Positions 8,692-17,227 of a stretch of 30,000 nucleotides of DNA are shown here, one piece after another. The notes under the pieces are model-generated. The model ran no database searches and was not told where the DNA came from. It worked only from the letters and a program-made list of their open reading frames with translations. The DNA is taken from contig CAVYKH010000004.1 of the NCBI GenBank assembly GCA_963769075.1, positions 929,912-959,911 on the forward strand, written 5' to 3'. A program made the translations under genes and the position numbers. The stretch comes from an uncultured Gammaproteobacteria bacterium. Its GTDB lineage: Bacteria > Pseudomonadota > Gammaproteobacteria > Steroidobacterales > Steroidobacteraceae. Numbering within the stretch: the first letter of the stretch is position 1; every line of letters begins with the position of its first letter.

Positions 8692-9167
8692 TTAGTAGCT
8701 CCCTTTATGCTGACTCATCCCCGTTAATTTTTCGAAATTGAATGTTGGCCCGCCTCAGCATCGTAGCACTTCCTCAGCTCATACAATTAGCGTGCAGAGA
8801 CCACCGAAAGGTTGGGCAGGTCGCCGTATCGAATTTACCTCGCAGGCGGCACGAATGATATTCATGCACCGGTCGCGCCAGCCCAAAGCGGCTGTCACGC
8901 CCGGCTATTTCTATTTTGAGTTTTTATTCAACAAGTTAAACAACTTTCTATGGCGGCGCGGCAAATTGGGGTCGCTAAGCTAATAAAATACGAGCCGTCA
9001 GCTGTTCGATGGTTGAAGAAAAACGCACAGAAGGAACGGACACTCGGAGCGAATCGCGCAGTAGACCCGTTCGCGCGTTTGGCTGGCATGTCCTACCGCC
9101 GCCGCTGGACCGTGTGAGCTTCGCTCCGAGATCATGCTTTCACCACCGCTGCACGGAGGTGCTCGTG

Positions 9168-9821
9168 ATGAATAAACTTCGCACTGCTCGTCGAGGCATT
9201 GCCCATGGAGTCCGTGGGGCAAGTCTGCTCTGGGTACTCCTCGCACTCGGCGCCTGGGCACTTGCCGGCTGCCACAGCAGTGTATATGTTTCCGCGATTT
9301 CCGATCCCACGATACCGAGCACCGCCCAAGCCGCATTCGGTCCACCGGCTTTGGCCGACGGTGTCTATCTACAGGGAAGTAATTCAGTTTGCATCGTCGT
9401 CGACAACGAATTCACATGCGGCTCGCCGTGGGCGCCATTGACGGCGGCGTGGGTTGCGGCGGCCGTGCAAATCGCGCCGACCGCGGCCTCGCCAGCCACT
9501 GCGGTAAGCACCTGGTCCGGTGACGTGATATTCAACGGTCTATCCGGCTATGCTACCTTCTCGACAGCGCTCAATTTCTCCGTGACCGACAACGCATCGA
9601 CTGGCGGCGTGGAGTTGATCGGGCAAATCTCCTCGACGCCAAACGCCGATGGCTGGCACCCGATGTTTAACGCAACCTACGACAGCGTGCCGCAGACTGG
9701 TCAGTGCCAAGGCCTGGCCGGATTCGTATTAAGTGACGCTGGTACTCAACTTGTGATCGAAGCACGCGGCACGGATGCAACGGGCGCAGTGATTCGCGTC
9801 GCCGTGATCGGCGAGCCGTGA
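9168..9821 (+). CDS. Putative lipoprotein, function unknown
   Basis: ATG at 9168 with GGAGG (9155-9159). N-terminus MNKLRTARRGIAHGVRGASLLWVLLALGAWALAGC carries a lipobox (LAGC). The mature part is Ala/Thr/Ser-rich with 3 further Cys. No family recognised. Confidence 0.6.
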   Translation: MNKLRTARRGIAHGVRGASLLWVLLALGAWALAGCHSSVYVSAISDPTIPSTAQAAFGPPALADGVYLQGSNSVCIVVDNEFTCGSPWAPLTAAWVAAAVQIAPTAASPATAVSTWSGDVIFNGLSGYATFSTALNFSVTDNASTGGVELIGQISSTPNADGWHPMFNATYDSVPQTGQCQGLAGFVLSDAGTQLVIEARGTDATGAVIRVAVIGEP

Positions 9822-9993
9822 AAAACACGCTGTCCGAAAACCGGCCCGCCTCGCCGCCTATCGTGCGAAGTCGTGGGATAAAGCTCTCACAGCATCGACG
9901 ATTTAAGGAGGCCTGCCAAAACTTTCCTCGATCCGCGGGCGCGTGGTCATATAGTTCTCATTCCTGCCGACTTTTCGAGGGATAATCAGGCAT

Positions 9994-10410
9994 ATGGGTA
10001 ATCTGCTAGAGCGTTTTGGGGCATTCGTCAAAACCGGGCGTGGCTTCGAGAGCATCGACGAGTTACTGCGCGATGTGGTTCGCGAATTGAATGGCGTCAT
10101 TGCCGCACAGGGTGCTCACGGTGGATTGTGGTCACCGGCGGGCAATTCACTTGCGGCGCGGGAGTTCGCGCGAAAGACCAAGGTCGAGCTCATCGATGGG
10201 GATGCATTGGAAGAGTTGATCGGTGGCGTTCCCTCAAGCACTCGCGCGCCGGTGAGCGAGGCCAAGGTCGCAAAGCAATTGGTGCCGGCGTGCCCGCGAT
10301 GTGGCACCCCGATGGTTCAGCGAGTAGCCAAGCACGGTAAGCATGCGGGGCAGTCTTTCTGGGGTTGTACGCAATATCCGAAGTGCACCGGAATACTGCA
10401 AATATCGTAA
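9994..10410 (+). pseudogene. Mrr-like restriction endonuclease C-terminal remnant fused to a topoisomerase-type C4 zinc finger
   Basis: REFARKTKVELIDGDALEELI is the end of an Mrr_cat domain. CPRCGTPMVQRVAKHGKHAGQSFWGCTQYPKC is a zf-C4_Topoisom pattern. The expected ..IVVTGGQFT.. strand is readable only in another frame (10130-10160). The N-terminal catalytic part is missing. Confidence 0.55.
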
Positions 10411-10428
10411 GCTCGCGGAATTCGAGTG

Positions 10429-10941
10429 TTAGTGTAGAGATGATGGTCGCGCTCGCCACGGAAGTCCGAACGCTTCGCGGGCAAGGTCGCGCAGAATTTG
10501 GTATTTGATCGTCGAATACATGGTATCAGCGAGAAAGGTCTCTGCATCACGCAGCCGTGCGGCGTCGCCGCGGGCGCGCATCCATTTCAGCATCTGCGTC
10601 GCCTCGTTGAGGCATCCCAGAATCCGGCGGTTCGCCGTCGCATCAATGACCGGCGACTGCATCGCATCGATCTCTCGCTTGACCTCGGATTCCGGAAATT
10701 CGAGTGCCACGAGGAACTCACGAGTCGCCTCAAGCTAACGATCTAGCAGCGTTCCGATGGGCGCAGCGTGGACGAGCACGACAAGAAGCGACCGCTCGTT
10801 CATGAACATCACGAGCGGCCGCCGCAGCGGTACCCAACCCGCGTACCAGTCTCCGAGTCGGTTTGTTGGCGTAATTGCGGTGCTCGAGGGCACGGCGCCC
10901 AATCGGTTCAGGACGCGTGAGGTGCAGCGGAGGGTAATCAT
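10429..10941 (-). pseudogene. Conserved hypothetical gene (I recall it as DUF6933-like) interrupted by an in-frame TAG
   Basis: ORFs 10735..10941 and 10429..10710 are in the same frame, separated by TAG (10735-10737). Joined they read MITLRCTSRVLNRLG...LGDWYAGW...MNERSLLVVLV...*LEATREFL...ATANRRILGCLNEA..., which fits one family pattern of about 165 aa. Confidence 0.55.
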
Positions 10942-11103
10942 GATGGACGAAGATTCTAATTTAATGCATCGGCCAGAGCCCAGCGCCGTATGGACAATGA
11001 TGTTGGCGCTGCGGGCGGCTCTGGTCCCCGGCTTGTAGGAAACAGACTACGGCGTACCGCGAAAAGCCGCCGACCCGAGGACTCCGGCGGCGTGAGCGTC
11101 GCA

Positions 11104-11440
11104 TTAAGTGACGATGTGTCCGCGGCTATGCGCCTCGTCGGCGCAGGCGGAGGGGGTCTTGTCGCCTTCGAAGTGTTCGTCGCGCTCGATGGGGAGACCG
11201 AGCGGACCTCGCGCTTCGCCGCAAGCTCTCCCATGCAAACGAAGCCGATCTCGGGCACGGCTAAGCCGAGGTCGCAAACGCCGTAGGCGATGTCATCGTT
11301 GCCGAACTCGGTGAGGAGCCAAGTGCATTGGGCGTCGGGCGTCAAGAGCTTGACGACGGGCTTGAAGTCGGTGCCGGGTTCGCCGCCCCTGCGCCGACGC
11401 TCTACACTGGCTATGGACGTAACGCGCACCAAAATCAAGG
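11104..11440 (-). pseudogene. DUF2958 domain protein, frameshifted near 11209-11212
   Basis: Frame 1 reads FKPVVKLLTPDAQCTWLLTEFGNDDIAYGVCDLGLAVPEIGFVCMGELAA. The rest of the domain, GPLGLPIERDEHFEGDKTPS...*, continues only in another frame and stops at 11104-11106. The start position is uncertain. Confidence 0.65.
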
Positions 11441-11720
11441 GGACCCCGGGAGCGCCGGTCGTCGAAGTGCCGAGCGCGCCACACCATGTCATGCTCGATG
11501 AGCCGCTTGCCTTCATCAGCGCTCTTCGCGCGATGTTGGAGAGGTGGACCGGCGCCGAAACTTGAGCGTCTGGCGCGAGCTCGCGCGCCACGGGTTCGAC
11601 CGTTATATCTCTCTTCCTTTCTCCCTTTGAGCTCGCGCGTTCGAGCGTGTTCCCTGCGTAGCCGGACGCCGAAGCCAGCGCTGCAGTGTCCGTAGTCGCC
11701 AAGTCGGCCGTCGACAACGG

Positions 11721-14015
11721 TTACGCGGCGGCCGAGGGCTTCTTCCTCGCCGCAGCCCGTTCGGCTCGGGTCTGCGTGCCGGTCTCTGTCTCAACGACGA
11801 ACAGCTGCTCGATCTCACGCAACCGACGCTGGACCTCCGCATCGACACCGCCGGCTGTCGCGTAAACCGATTTGACCATATCGAGAAGGGCGCGGCGTTC
11901 ACCGGCATTTGCGGGAAGCAGCTGCGGCAGCGAGTCAATCGCCGCGCGCTCATCGATGGTCAGAATCGCCCACTGATCGCGCAGGGCCTCCTTGAAGCGA
12001 GCCATGCTGACCTCCGGATGAGCGGCCAGCAGCCTTTGAACGGCATCAAAGTGGCTCGCCTCGACGCGATGGTGGGTCATGCTGATGTAGACGACAATCC
12101 GGGCGGCCGCATCGAGCGCATCGCCCTGGGCAAATCGCCCTTTCAAGCGACGTATCTTCGCCTCCAGTGCCGCCCTCGTCGCAGGGGATTGTCCGGGCCG
12201 CTGACGGGGTGGACCGTCATTTTGCGAGATCCCGCACAAAGCCTGGACCACGGGCGAGCCGTAGATCCCGTGGAACACCTGCTCCTCGAGCCAGTCGCGT
12301 GCATTGCCATAGAGGTCAAGCGCCTGAGTCATCGCGCGCGAGAACTGTTCCTGCATCGCGACGAACGGATTATCGGAGGCCGGAACCGTTCGCTCGGTGC
12401 GCGCTTGCTCGGCCAGAGGCGCGAGCGCGCTCATCAACGGGTTCTTGTCGGAGAAGGCCGAATAGCGCAGGCGCAACGGGTTAAGCTCCCGGGTGGCAAG
12501 GGCGAGCTGCGGGCTGATCATCGCCTTGACCCAGGGCTGCAGGTAATTCTGATAGAAAGCATTGGTGAGTTCCGACACTCGGGCGACGGCCGCAAACTCG
12601 CGCTCGTCCTCGAGCGAATTGCAACCGAGCGCCCGGATATCCGCGAGGCCGCGCTCCTCGATGCTCAGATCGTAACTGCCGACATCGCCTGCGCCCGCTG
12701 CCGGGCCTGGCTTCTGGGCGATGACGATCTCGTAGAGCCCCGGCGGCATCGCGTCGATGAGTTCCATGTAGTTCATGAATCCGGCGTGCTCCTTTGCGGC
12801 CACTTCGGTGCCCACAAAGATCGCCAGGTGCCCGACCTTCTGATTCAAGCAGTAGAGGATTGTCTGACCGGCACGCTGAATTTCCTCGACGTTCTCATAG
12901 CAGTCGAGGATCCAATCAAGAGCCTGCTGGGGCGGCGTGATGTTGTCCCCCTGCGAGCAGAAGCAGATGATCGGAGACTTGATATCACGCAGATCGAGGC
13001 GCAGGCCGTCGCTGGTGACGATCTGCGCCGTCGAGAGCTTGTTGCCTATGAAAAGATTATCGACGATGTATTGCATCTCTTCCCCGCGCATCACAACGAA
13101 ATCGGACCACCATTTCTCGAACTGAAGGTAGCGGCTCTCCTGCTGTTCCGGGTTCGCCCAGACGTTGTATTGCTTGCCCCATAGGGTGTTGGAAGGTTTG
13201 CCGCTGTCGAAGTTGGCGACCAGCCAGGCGCCGTCGAAGATGCCGTTGCTGAGATCGCTCGTCAGGCGGGTAAGCCAGCTTCCGCCGAACATGCCGCCGA
13301 GGTAGCGCATCGGATTCTTGCCGCGCGCGCCGGCCCAGTAGGAGAGCGGCGCACCGGCGATCAGGATCGGTCCCACGAGATCGGGGCGCATACAGGCTGC
13401 CATCATCGCGTGCCAGCCGGCCTGACAGTTGCCGACGACGAAAGGCCCGCCTGGCGATTCGGGATGGAGTTCACGCACCTTTTCGATGAAGACCGTGTGC
13501 GCACGCGCCACGTCCTCGACGCGCTGACCGTCCAGCGGCTCCGCTGAGAAGCCGATGAAATAGACCGGGTGTCCGAACTTGAACGCATCCCCGATCTCGC
13601 TGACCGGCTTGAAGCCGCCGATACCGGGTCCTTGGCCGGCGCGAGGGTCGATGATGACCACCGGCCGCTTGCGCTCGTCGAGCTTAACGCCGGCCGGGGG
13701 AATGACACGGACCAGCGCGTAGTTAACCGGTCGTGGCAGAGCGTCACCGCGCAGTACAAACTCGAAATCATAGATCAGCACCGAATTGATGGTATGCGCC
13801 CGCATCTCCTCGTACTGATTGCCGCTGCGGCGTAAAATGTCCATGAACAAGACCGACCGTTGCGCAAAGTCACGCCAATATTCCATTGCGTCGGTGGTCA
13901 GTTTGCTGAAATCAGGCAGAGCGGCCGGCGCCGGCTTGCTGGTTTGTTCCTTTGATTCTTCTGGCGCTTTGGGTGATGTCGGAAGCATGGTTGTAACAGT
14001 GTTAGGCTCGGTCAC
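11721..14015 (-). CDS. DUF3141 family protein (alpha/beta-hydrolase, PHA-synthase-like)
   Basis: 764 aa. YWRDFAQRSVLFMDILRRSGNQY, VIIDPRAGQGPGIGGFK, the lipase-box-like VVGNCQAGW (Cys codon 13425-13427), LFIGNKL and GDNITPPQQAL match the DUF3141 pattern from memory. GTG start with AGGAGA 8 nt upstream. Confidence 0.88.
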   Translation of the reverse strand: MTEPNTVTTMLPTSPKAPEESKEQTSKPAPAALPDFSKLTTDAMEYWRDFAQRSVLFMDILRRSGNQYEEMRAHTINSVLIYDFEFVLRGDALPRPVNYALVRVIPPAGVKLDERKRPVVIIDPRAGQGPGIGGFKPVSEIGDAFKFGHPVYFIGFSAEPLDGQRVEDVARAHTVFIEKVRELHPESPGGPFVVGNCQAGWHAMMAACMRPDLVGPILIAGAPLSYWAGARGKNPMRYLGGMFGGSWLTRLTSDLSNGIFDGAWLVANFDSGKPSNTLWGKQYNVWANPEQQESRYLQFEKWWSDFVVMRGEEMQYIVDNLFIGNKLSTAQIVTSDGLRLDLRDIKSPIICFCSQGDNITPPQQALDWILDCYENVEEIQRAGQTILYCLNQKVGHLAIFVGTEVAAKEHAGFMNYMELIDAMPPGLYEIVIAQKPGPAAGAGDVGSYDLSIEERGLADIRALGCNSLEDEREFAAVARVSELTNAFYQNYLQPWVKAMISPQLALATRELNPLRLRYSAFSDKNPLMSALAPLAEQARTERTVPASDNPFVAMQEQFSRAMTQALDLYGNARDWLEEQVFHGIYGSPVVQALCGISQNDGPPRQRPGQSPATRAALEAKIRRLKGRFAQGDALDAAARIVVYISMTHHRVEASHFDAVQRLLAAHPEVSMARFKEALRDQWAILTIDERAAIDSLPQLLPANAGERRALLDMVKSVYATAGGVDAEVQRRLREIEQLFVVETETGTQTRAERAAARKKPSAAA

Positions 14016-14066
14016 GGCGAGATTCTCCTACTTGCGCTGGGGTAGCGCCCAGCTCGGTAACACGTA

Positions 14067-14300
14067 TCATTTGCGCTCCTGCGGAAGGCGCGGTCCAGAG
14101 TTGACGGACGATCCGGCTGACCGGCGAACCAGTGCCAGGGCAAGACGCGCGATCATGAGTTCCTCGTTCGTTGGTATGACATAGCAGGCGACGCGGCTGC
14201 TCTGCTGCTCGACGAGAGAAATCGAAAAACGTCATGTCCAGAAGCCTAGAACCTGACCGATGATACGCTGCTCGCCAGCCGCAACGTGGTCCGCCACATC
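14067..14300 (-). pseudogene. ackA: Acetate kinase, 3'-terminal remnant (last 35-70 codons, at least one frameshift)
   Basis: The minus frame through 14215-14067 reads ISLVEQQSSRVACYVIPTNEELMIARLALALV...*. VIPTNEELmIA (14180-14148) is the hallmark AckA C-terminus. The weaker ..RIIGQVLGF.. lies upstream in another frame. Confidence 0.65.
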
Positions 14301-14860
14301 AGTTGGACTTCCGGCAACGGCATCGCCGGACGCCTGAGCTTTTCGGTTGGCGCGATGACGAGCGCGGTGCCGCGCAGCACCTCCTTCCCGTCCTGGTTTA
14401 CCCCGTGGCAGTCAAGCGTGACCCGGCGCTTCTCCGGATTGAGTTCGCTCACAGTCACTGAAGCGGTAATCGTGTCGCCCGGGGTCACCGGGGCGCGGAA
14501 CGACAGGCTCTGGTCGAGATAGATCGCGCCGGGACCGGGCAGCTTCGTGCCCAGCACGGCAGAGATCAGCCCTGCCGTCCACATGCCATGGACGATGATA
14601 TGGTGAAACATGTCCTCGCGCGCAAAGTCGGGGTCAAGATGCGCCGGGTTGATATCGCCGGAGACCAAAGCGAATAGGGCGATGTCCTCTGGCGTGAGGG
14701 TACGGCTAAGGCTTGCGCTGTCCCCGATCTTGAGCTCATCGAAGGTGCGATTTTCGATGTACCGAATCGGAGTCGGCAGTTCCCGGGTCAACTGGCTTAC
14801 AATGGTCTGTCCACTATCCGTGGATGTACCCGCTGAGTGATCACTAACTGTTGTCGACAT
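14246..14860 (-). CDS. MaoC-like (R)-specific enoyl-CoA hydratase. It looks like the N-terminal half of a bifunctional enoyl-CoA hydratase/phosphate acetyltransferase.
   Basis: IENRTFDELKIGDSASLSRTLT..DIALFALVSGDINPAHLD...MFHHIIVHGMW..GLISAVLGTKLPGPGAIYL...GDTITASVTV...VIAPTEKLRRPAMPLPEVQL, after which recognisable sequence stops. ATG at 14860 with GAGGTGG 6 nt upstream. Confidence 0.85.
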   Translation of the reverse strand: MSTTVSDHSAGTSTDSGQTIVSQLTRELPTPIRYIENRTFDELKIGDSASLSRTLTPEDIALFALVSGDINPAHLDPDFAREDMFHHIIVHGMWTAGLISAVLGTKLPGPGAIYLDQSLSFRAPVTPGDTITASVTVSELNPEKRRVTLDCHGVNQDGKEVLRGTALVIAPTEKLRRPAMPLPEVQLMWRTTLRLASSVSSVRF

Positions 14861-15160
14861 TTTCAACCACCTCACGGTTTTGCCCGGCTCCGTTGTCCGG
14901 GTCTATGTCCCTTCCAGTTATCGGGAAGGGGCCGACGGTTTCAGCGATGCTTTCCGCAATGAGCAGGATGCTGGCCGCCAGCGTGGTTCCCATGCCGGCA
15001 CAGCCGTAGCCCCACGCCTCCAGCACGAGCGCGGGCCTCATGGCGTCATAGCCGAGCCCGCCATACTCTTTCGTAATGGCCATGGCGAAGATTTTGCTCG
15101 GCTTCGCCACCTCAGCGCCGCGCGCCGTATCGCAGGTTGTTCGGCATTCAGGATGGTCAT
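14844..15160 (-). pseudogene. Acyl-CoA dehydrogenase remnant, a paralogue of 21690..22877 (N-terminal 95 or so codons with an internal out-of-frame deletion)
   Basis: MTILNAEQPAIRRAA (15160-15116) compares with MSILTTEQQEIKQAA. In another frame, SKIFAMAITKEYGGLGYDAMRPALVLEAWGYGCAGMGTTLAAS compares with KTFAMAIPKKYGGLGYDALTQAVVWEEWGYGCAGMGTTLAAG. Confidence 0.7.
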
Positions 15161-15194
15161 AACGAGCTACCTTTTCTCAGATGATTTCGCTGGC

Positions 15195-16784
15195 TCAGGC
15201 GGCGGCTGCGACGTTGCCGCGGCCCTTTGAGTCGAGCAGCGCCCGAAGTCCTCCCCACTTGGGACGGAAAATCTCTACCGGCATGGATTTGAGCTTGGGA
15301 GAAATCCGCGGGACGAACTCCATATGCGGGAGGATGTCCTTCTCGACATCGATGCCGGGTGCGACCTCGATCAGGGTGACCTGACCGTCTTGCAGTTCGA
15401 ACACCGCACGCTCGGTCACGAACAGCACCGGTTGCCGGGTCATCGTTGCATAGGCGCCGCTGAAGCTGATCTGCTCGACCTTGTTGACATATTTCTTGGC
15501 CTTGCCTTCCTGCAGGATGACAAGCTTGCCGCCGTCGATGGAGACGCGCAGGCCGTCGGCAGTGAAGGCGCCACAATAGACGACGTGCTTGGCGTGTTGG
15601 CTGATATCGATGAAGCCGCCAACGCCGACGAACTTTCCACCGAACTTGCTGACATTGACGTTGCCGGCGGCATCGACCTGGGCGGCGCTCAGGAAGGTAA
15701 CGTCGAGTCCGCCGCCGCTATACCAGTCGAATTGGACGTGCTGTTCAACAAACGCCTGCATGTTGACGGACATGCCGAAGTCCTTGCCGCCCGCCGGGAC
15801 GCCGCCGACCACACCGATCTCGGTAGTCAGAGTGATCATGTCGGCGACACCTTCCTCGGCGGCCACAGCCGCCACGCCCTCAGGAACACCGATGCCGAGA
15901 TTCACGGTCGCCCCTGGCGTCAGTTCCATGCTGGCCCGCCGGGCCATGATCAGCCGTTCATTGAACGGAATTGCAGGCATCTGGCCCCGCGGGACCCTTA
16001 GCTCGCCGGCGAAGGCCGGATTGAAAGCTGTGGCGCCCGCTTGCCAATGATGACCAGGTCCGGAAATGACAACATGGTCAACCACCACGCCGGGTACCCG
16101 CACCTTCTTGGGATCCAGGCTGCCAGTCTCGGCCAGATATTCGGCCTCGGCGATGACGATACCGCCACTGTTCTTTGCCGCTTGTGCCAGCGGCAGGCAT
16201 TCGAGCAGCGCTCCTTCATCGTCGACGGTCAGATTGCCGCTTTCGTCGGCAGTGGTCCCGCGGATCATCGCGACGTCGACTTTGAAGCTTGGATAGAACA
16301 GCCATTCTTCACCGGCCATGGAGATCACCTTGACGAAATCTTCGGTGGTCTCCTTGTTCAGTCTGCCGCCTTCCACGCGGGGATCGACGAAGGTGTGGAG
16401 ACCGGTCTTGGTAATCAGGCCAGGGCGATGGGCGGCGATTTCGCGCCACAATTGAGCGACGACCCCTTGCGGCACGCAGTAGCCCTGGCAGCCGCCTTCG
16501 AGGATCATTTTGGCCATGTCCGGTGAGACACCGCTGTGGCCGCCCATCCAACGAGATACCATTCCCGGATGAGCGAAATGCTCGGTGCCTTTCTTCCCCC
16601 AGTCACCGATCCCGGAGGCATGCGCAAGCGTCAGTTTGGCGGGATGGCCGGACTCCAGAAATCGCTTCTCGATCGCGATCGCGATTTCCTCCGGCCAGCC
16701 TGCGAGGATCAGCGCGCTGGCACCGATGGTAGCCCCATCTCTTATCAAGGCCGCGGCGTCTGTCGCAGAGATGACCTTGCTCAT
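15195..16784 (-). CDS. Family-I acyl-CoA:acetate/propionate CoA-transferase (YdiF/Pct-like)
   Basis: 529 aa. N-terminus KVISATDAAALIRDGATIG, HASGIGDWG, a fused alpha/beta architecture, ITLTTEIGVVGGVP (probable catalytic Glu region) and GGFIDISQ. The ATG overlaps the upstream stop (ATGA). Confidence 0.9.
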   Translation of the reverse strand: MSKVISATDAAALIRDGATIGASALILAGWPEEIAIAIEKRFLESGHPAKLTLAHASGIGDWGKKGTEHFAHPGMVSRWMGGHSGVSPDMAKMILEGGCQGYCVPQGVVAQLWREIAAHRPGLITKTGLHTFVDPRVEGGRLNKETTEDFVKVISMAGEEWLFYPSFKVDVAMIRGTTADESGNLTVDDEGALLECLPLAQAAKNSGGIVIAEAEYLAETGSLDPKKVRVPGVVVDHVVISGPGHHWQAGATAFNPAFAGELRVPRGQMPAIPFNERLIMARRASMELTPGATVNLGIGVPEGVAAVAAEEGVADMITLTTEIGVVGGVPAGGKDFGMSVNMQAFVEQHVQFDWYSGGGLDVTFLSAAQVDAAGNVNVSKFGGKFVGVGGFIDISQHAKHVVYCGAFTADGLRVSIDGGKLVILQEGKAKKYVNKVEQISFSGAYATMTRQPVLFVTERAVFELQDGQVTLIEVAPGIDVEKDILPHMEFVPRISPKLKSMPVEIFRPKWGGLRALLDSKGRGNVAAAA

Positions 16785-17215
16785 CGTGAACTTCCTTTGT
16801 ACAAGGGCGCGGCCTCACACGCCGGCGCCTCCGATACCTTCCCGTCGCCTCGCACTTGATAGACGTGCCCGTCGAGGATGACCATCTCGCCATTGAGATT
16901 TTCGAAAGTGCCAAGTCCGAAATCGCCGTGCTGTAGGATCGTCGCGGCGGTGACCGCTCCAGAGTATGGACCGGCTACGAGCGCAGCGGATGTGGAAACT
17001 TGGTGCGAAACGCTTTCGCCAACGCTTACAACTCGCGCCTCGAGTGCCGAGAGCAATGCGCGGCCTCCGTCGCCTGCGCCTGCACCCCTCAGAGAGCGGA
17101 GGCCCTTCGACGCCTGGCCCACGCCGGCCACCGCCGCCTTCTCCCATGATTCCGGGCTCGTTCCCACAAGCTCGCCCACCTTGTAAACAGGAGATGCACA
17201 TGCCGGGAATGTCAT
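16781..17215 (-). CDS. Chimeric ORF: dodecin-like N-terminus fused to an alpha-acetolactate decarboxylase N-terminal segment (probable remnant fusion)
   Basis: VYKVGELVGTSPESWEKAAVAGVGQASKGLRSLR is a dodecin pattern. STSAALVAGPYSGAVTAATILQHGDFGLGTFENLNGEMVILDGHVYQVRGDGKV is the first 60 aa or so of the AlsD/BudA family. Neither part is complete. Confidence 0.5.
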   Translation of the reverse strand: MTFPACASPVYKVGELVGTSPESWEKAAVAGVGQASKGLRSLRGAGAGDGGRALLSALEARVVSVGESVSHQVSTSAALVAGPYSGAVTAATILQHGDFGLGTFENLNGEMVILDGHVYQVRGDGKVSEAPACEAAPLYKGSSR

Positions 17216-17227
17216 AGTTACCGCATC

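Noticed and set aside
12018-13184. 388-aa ORF on the plus strand
   Set aside because: It is a shadow frame opposite the DUF3141 gene, with no recognisable motifs.
15324-16526. Plus-strand ORFs of 225, 153 and 161 aa
   Set aside because: They are antisense to the well-supported CoA-transferase gene and have low-complexity composition.
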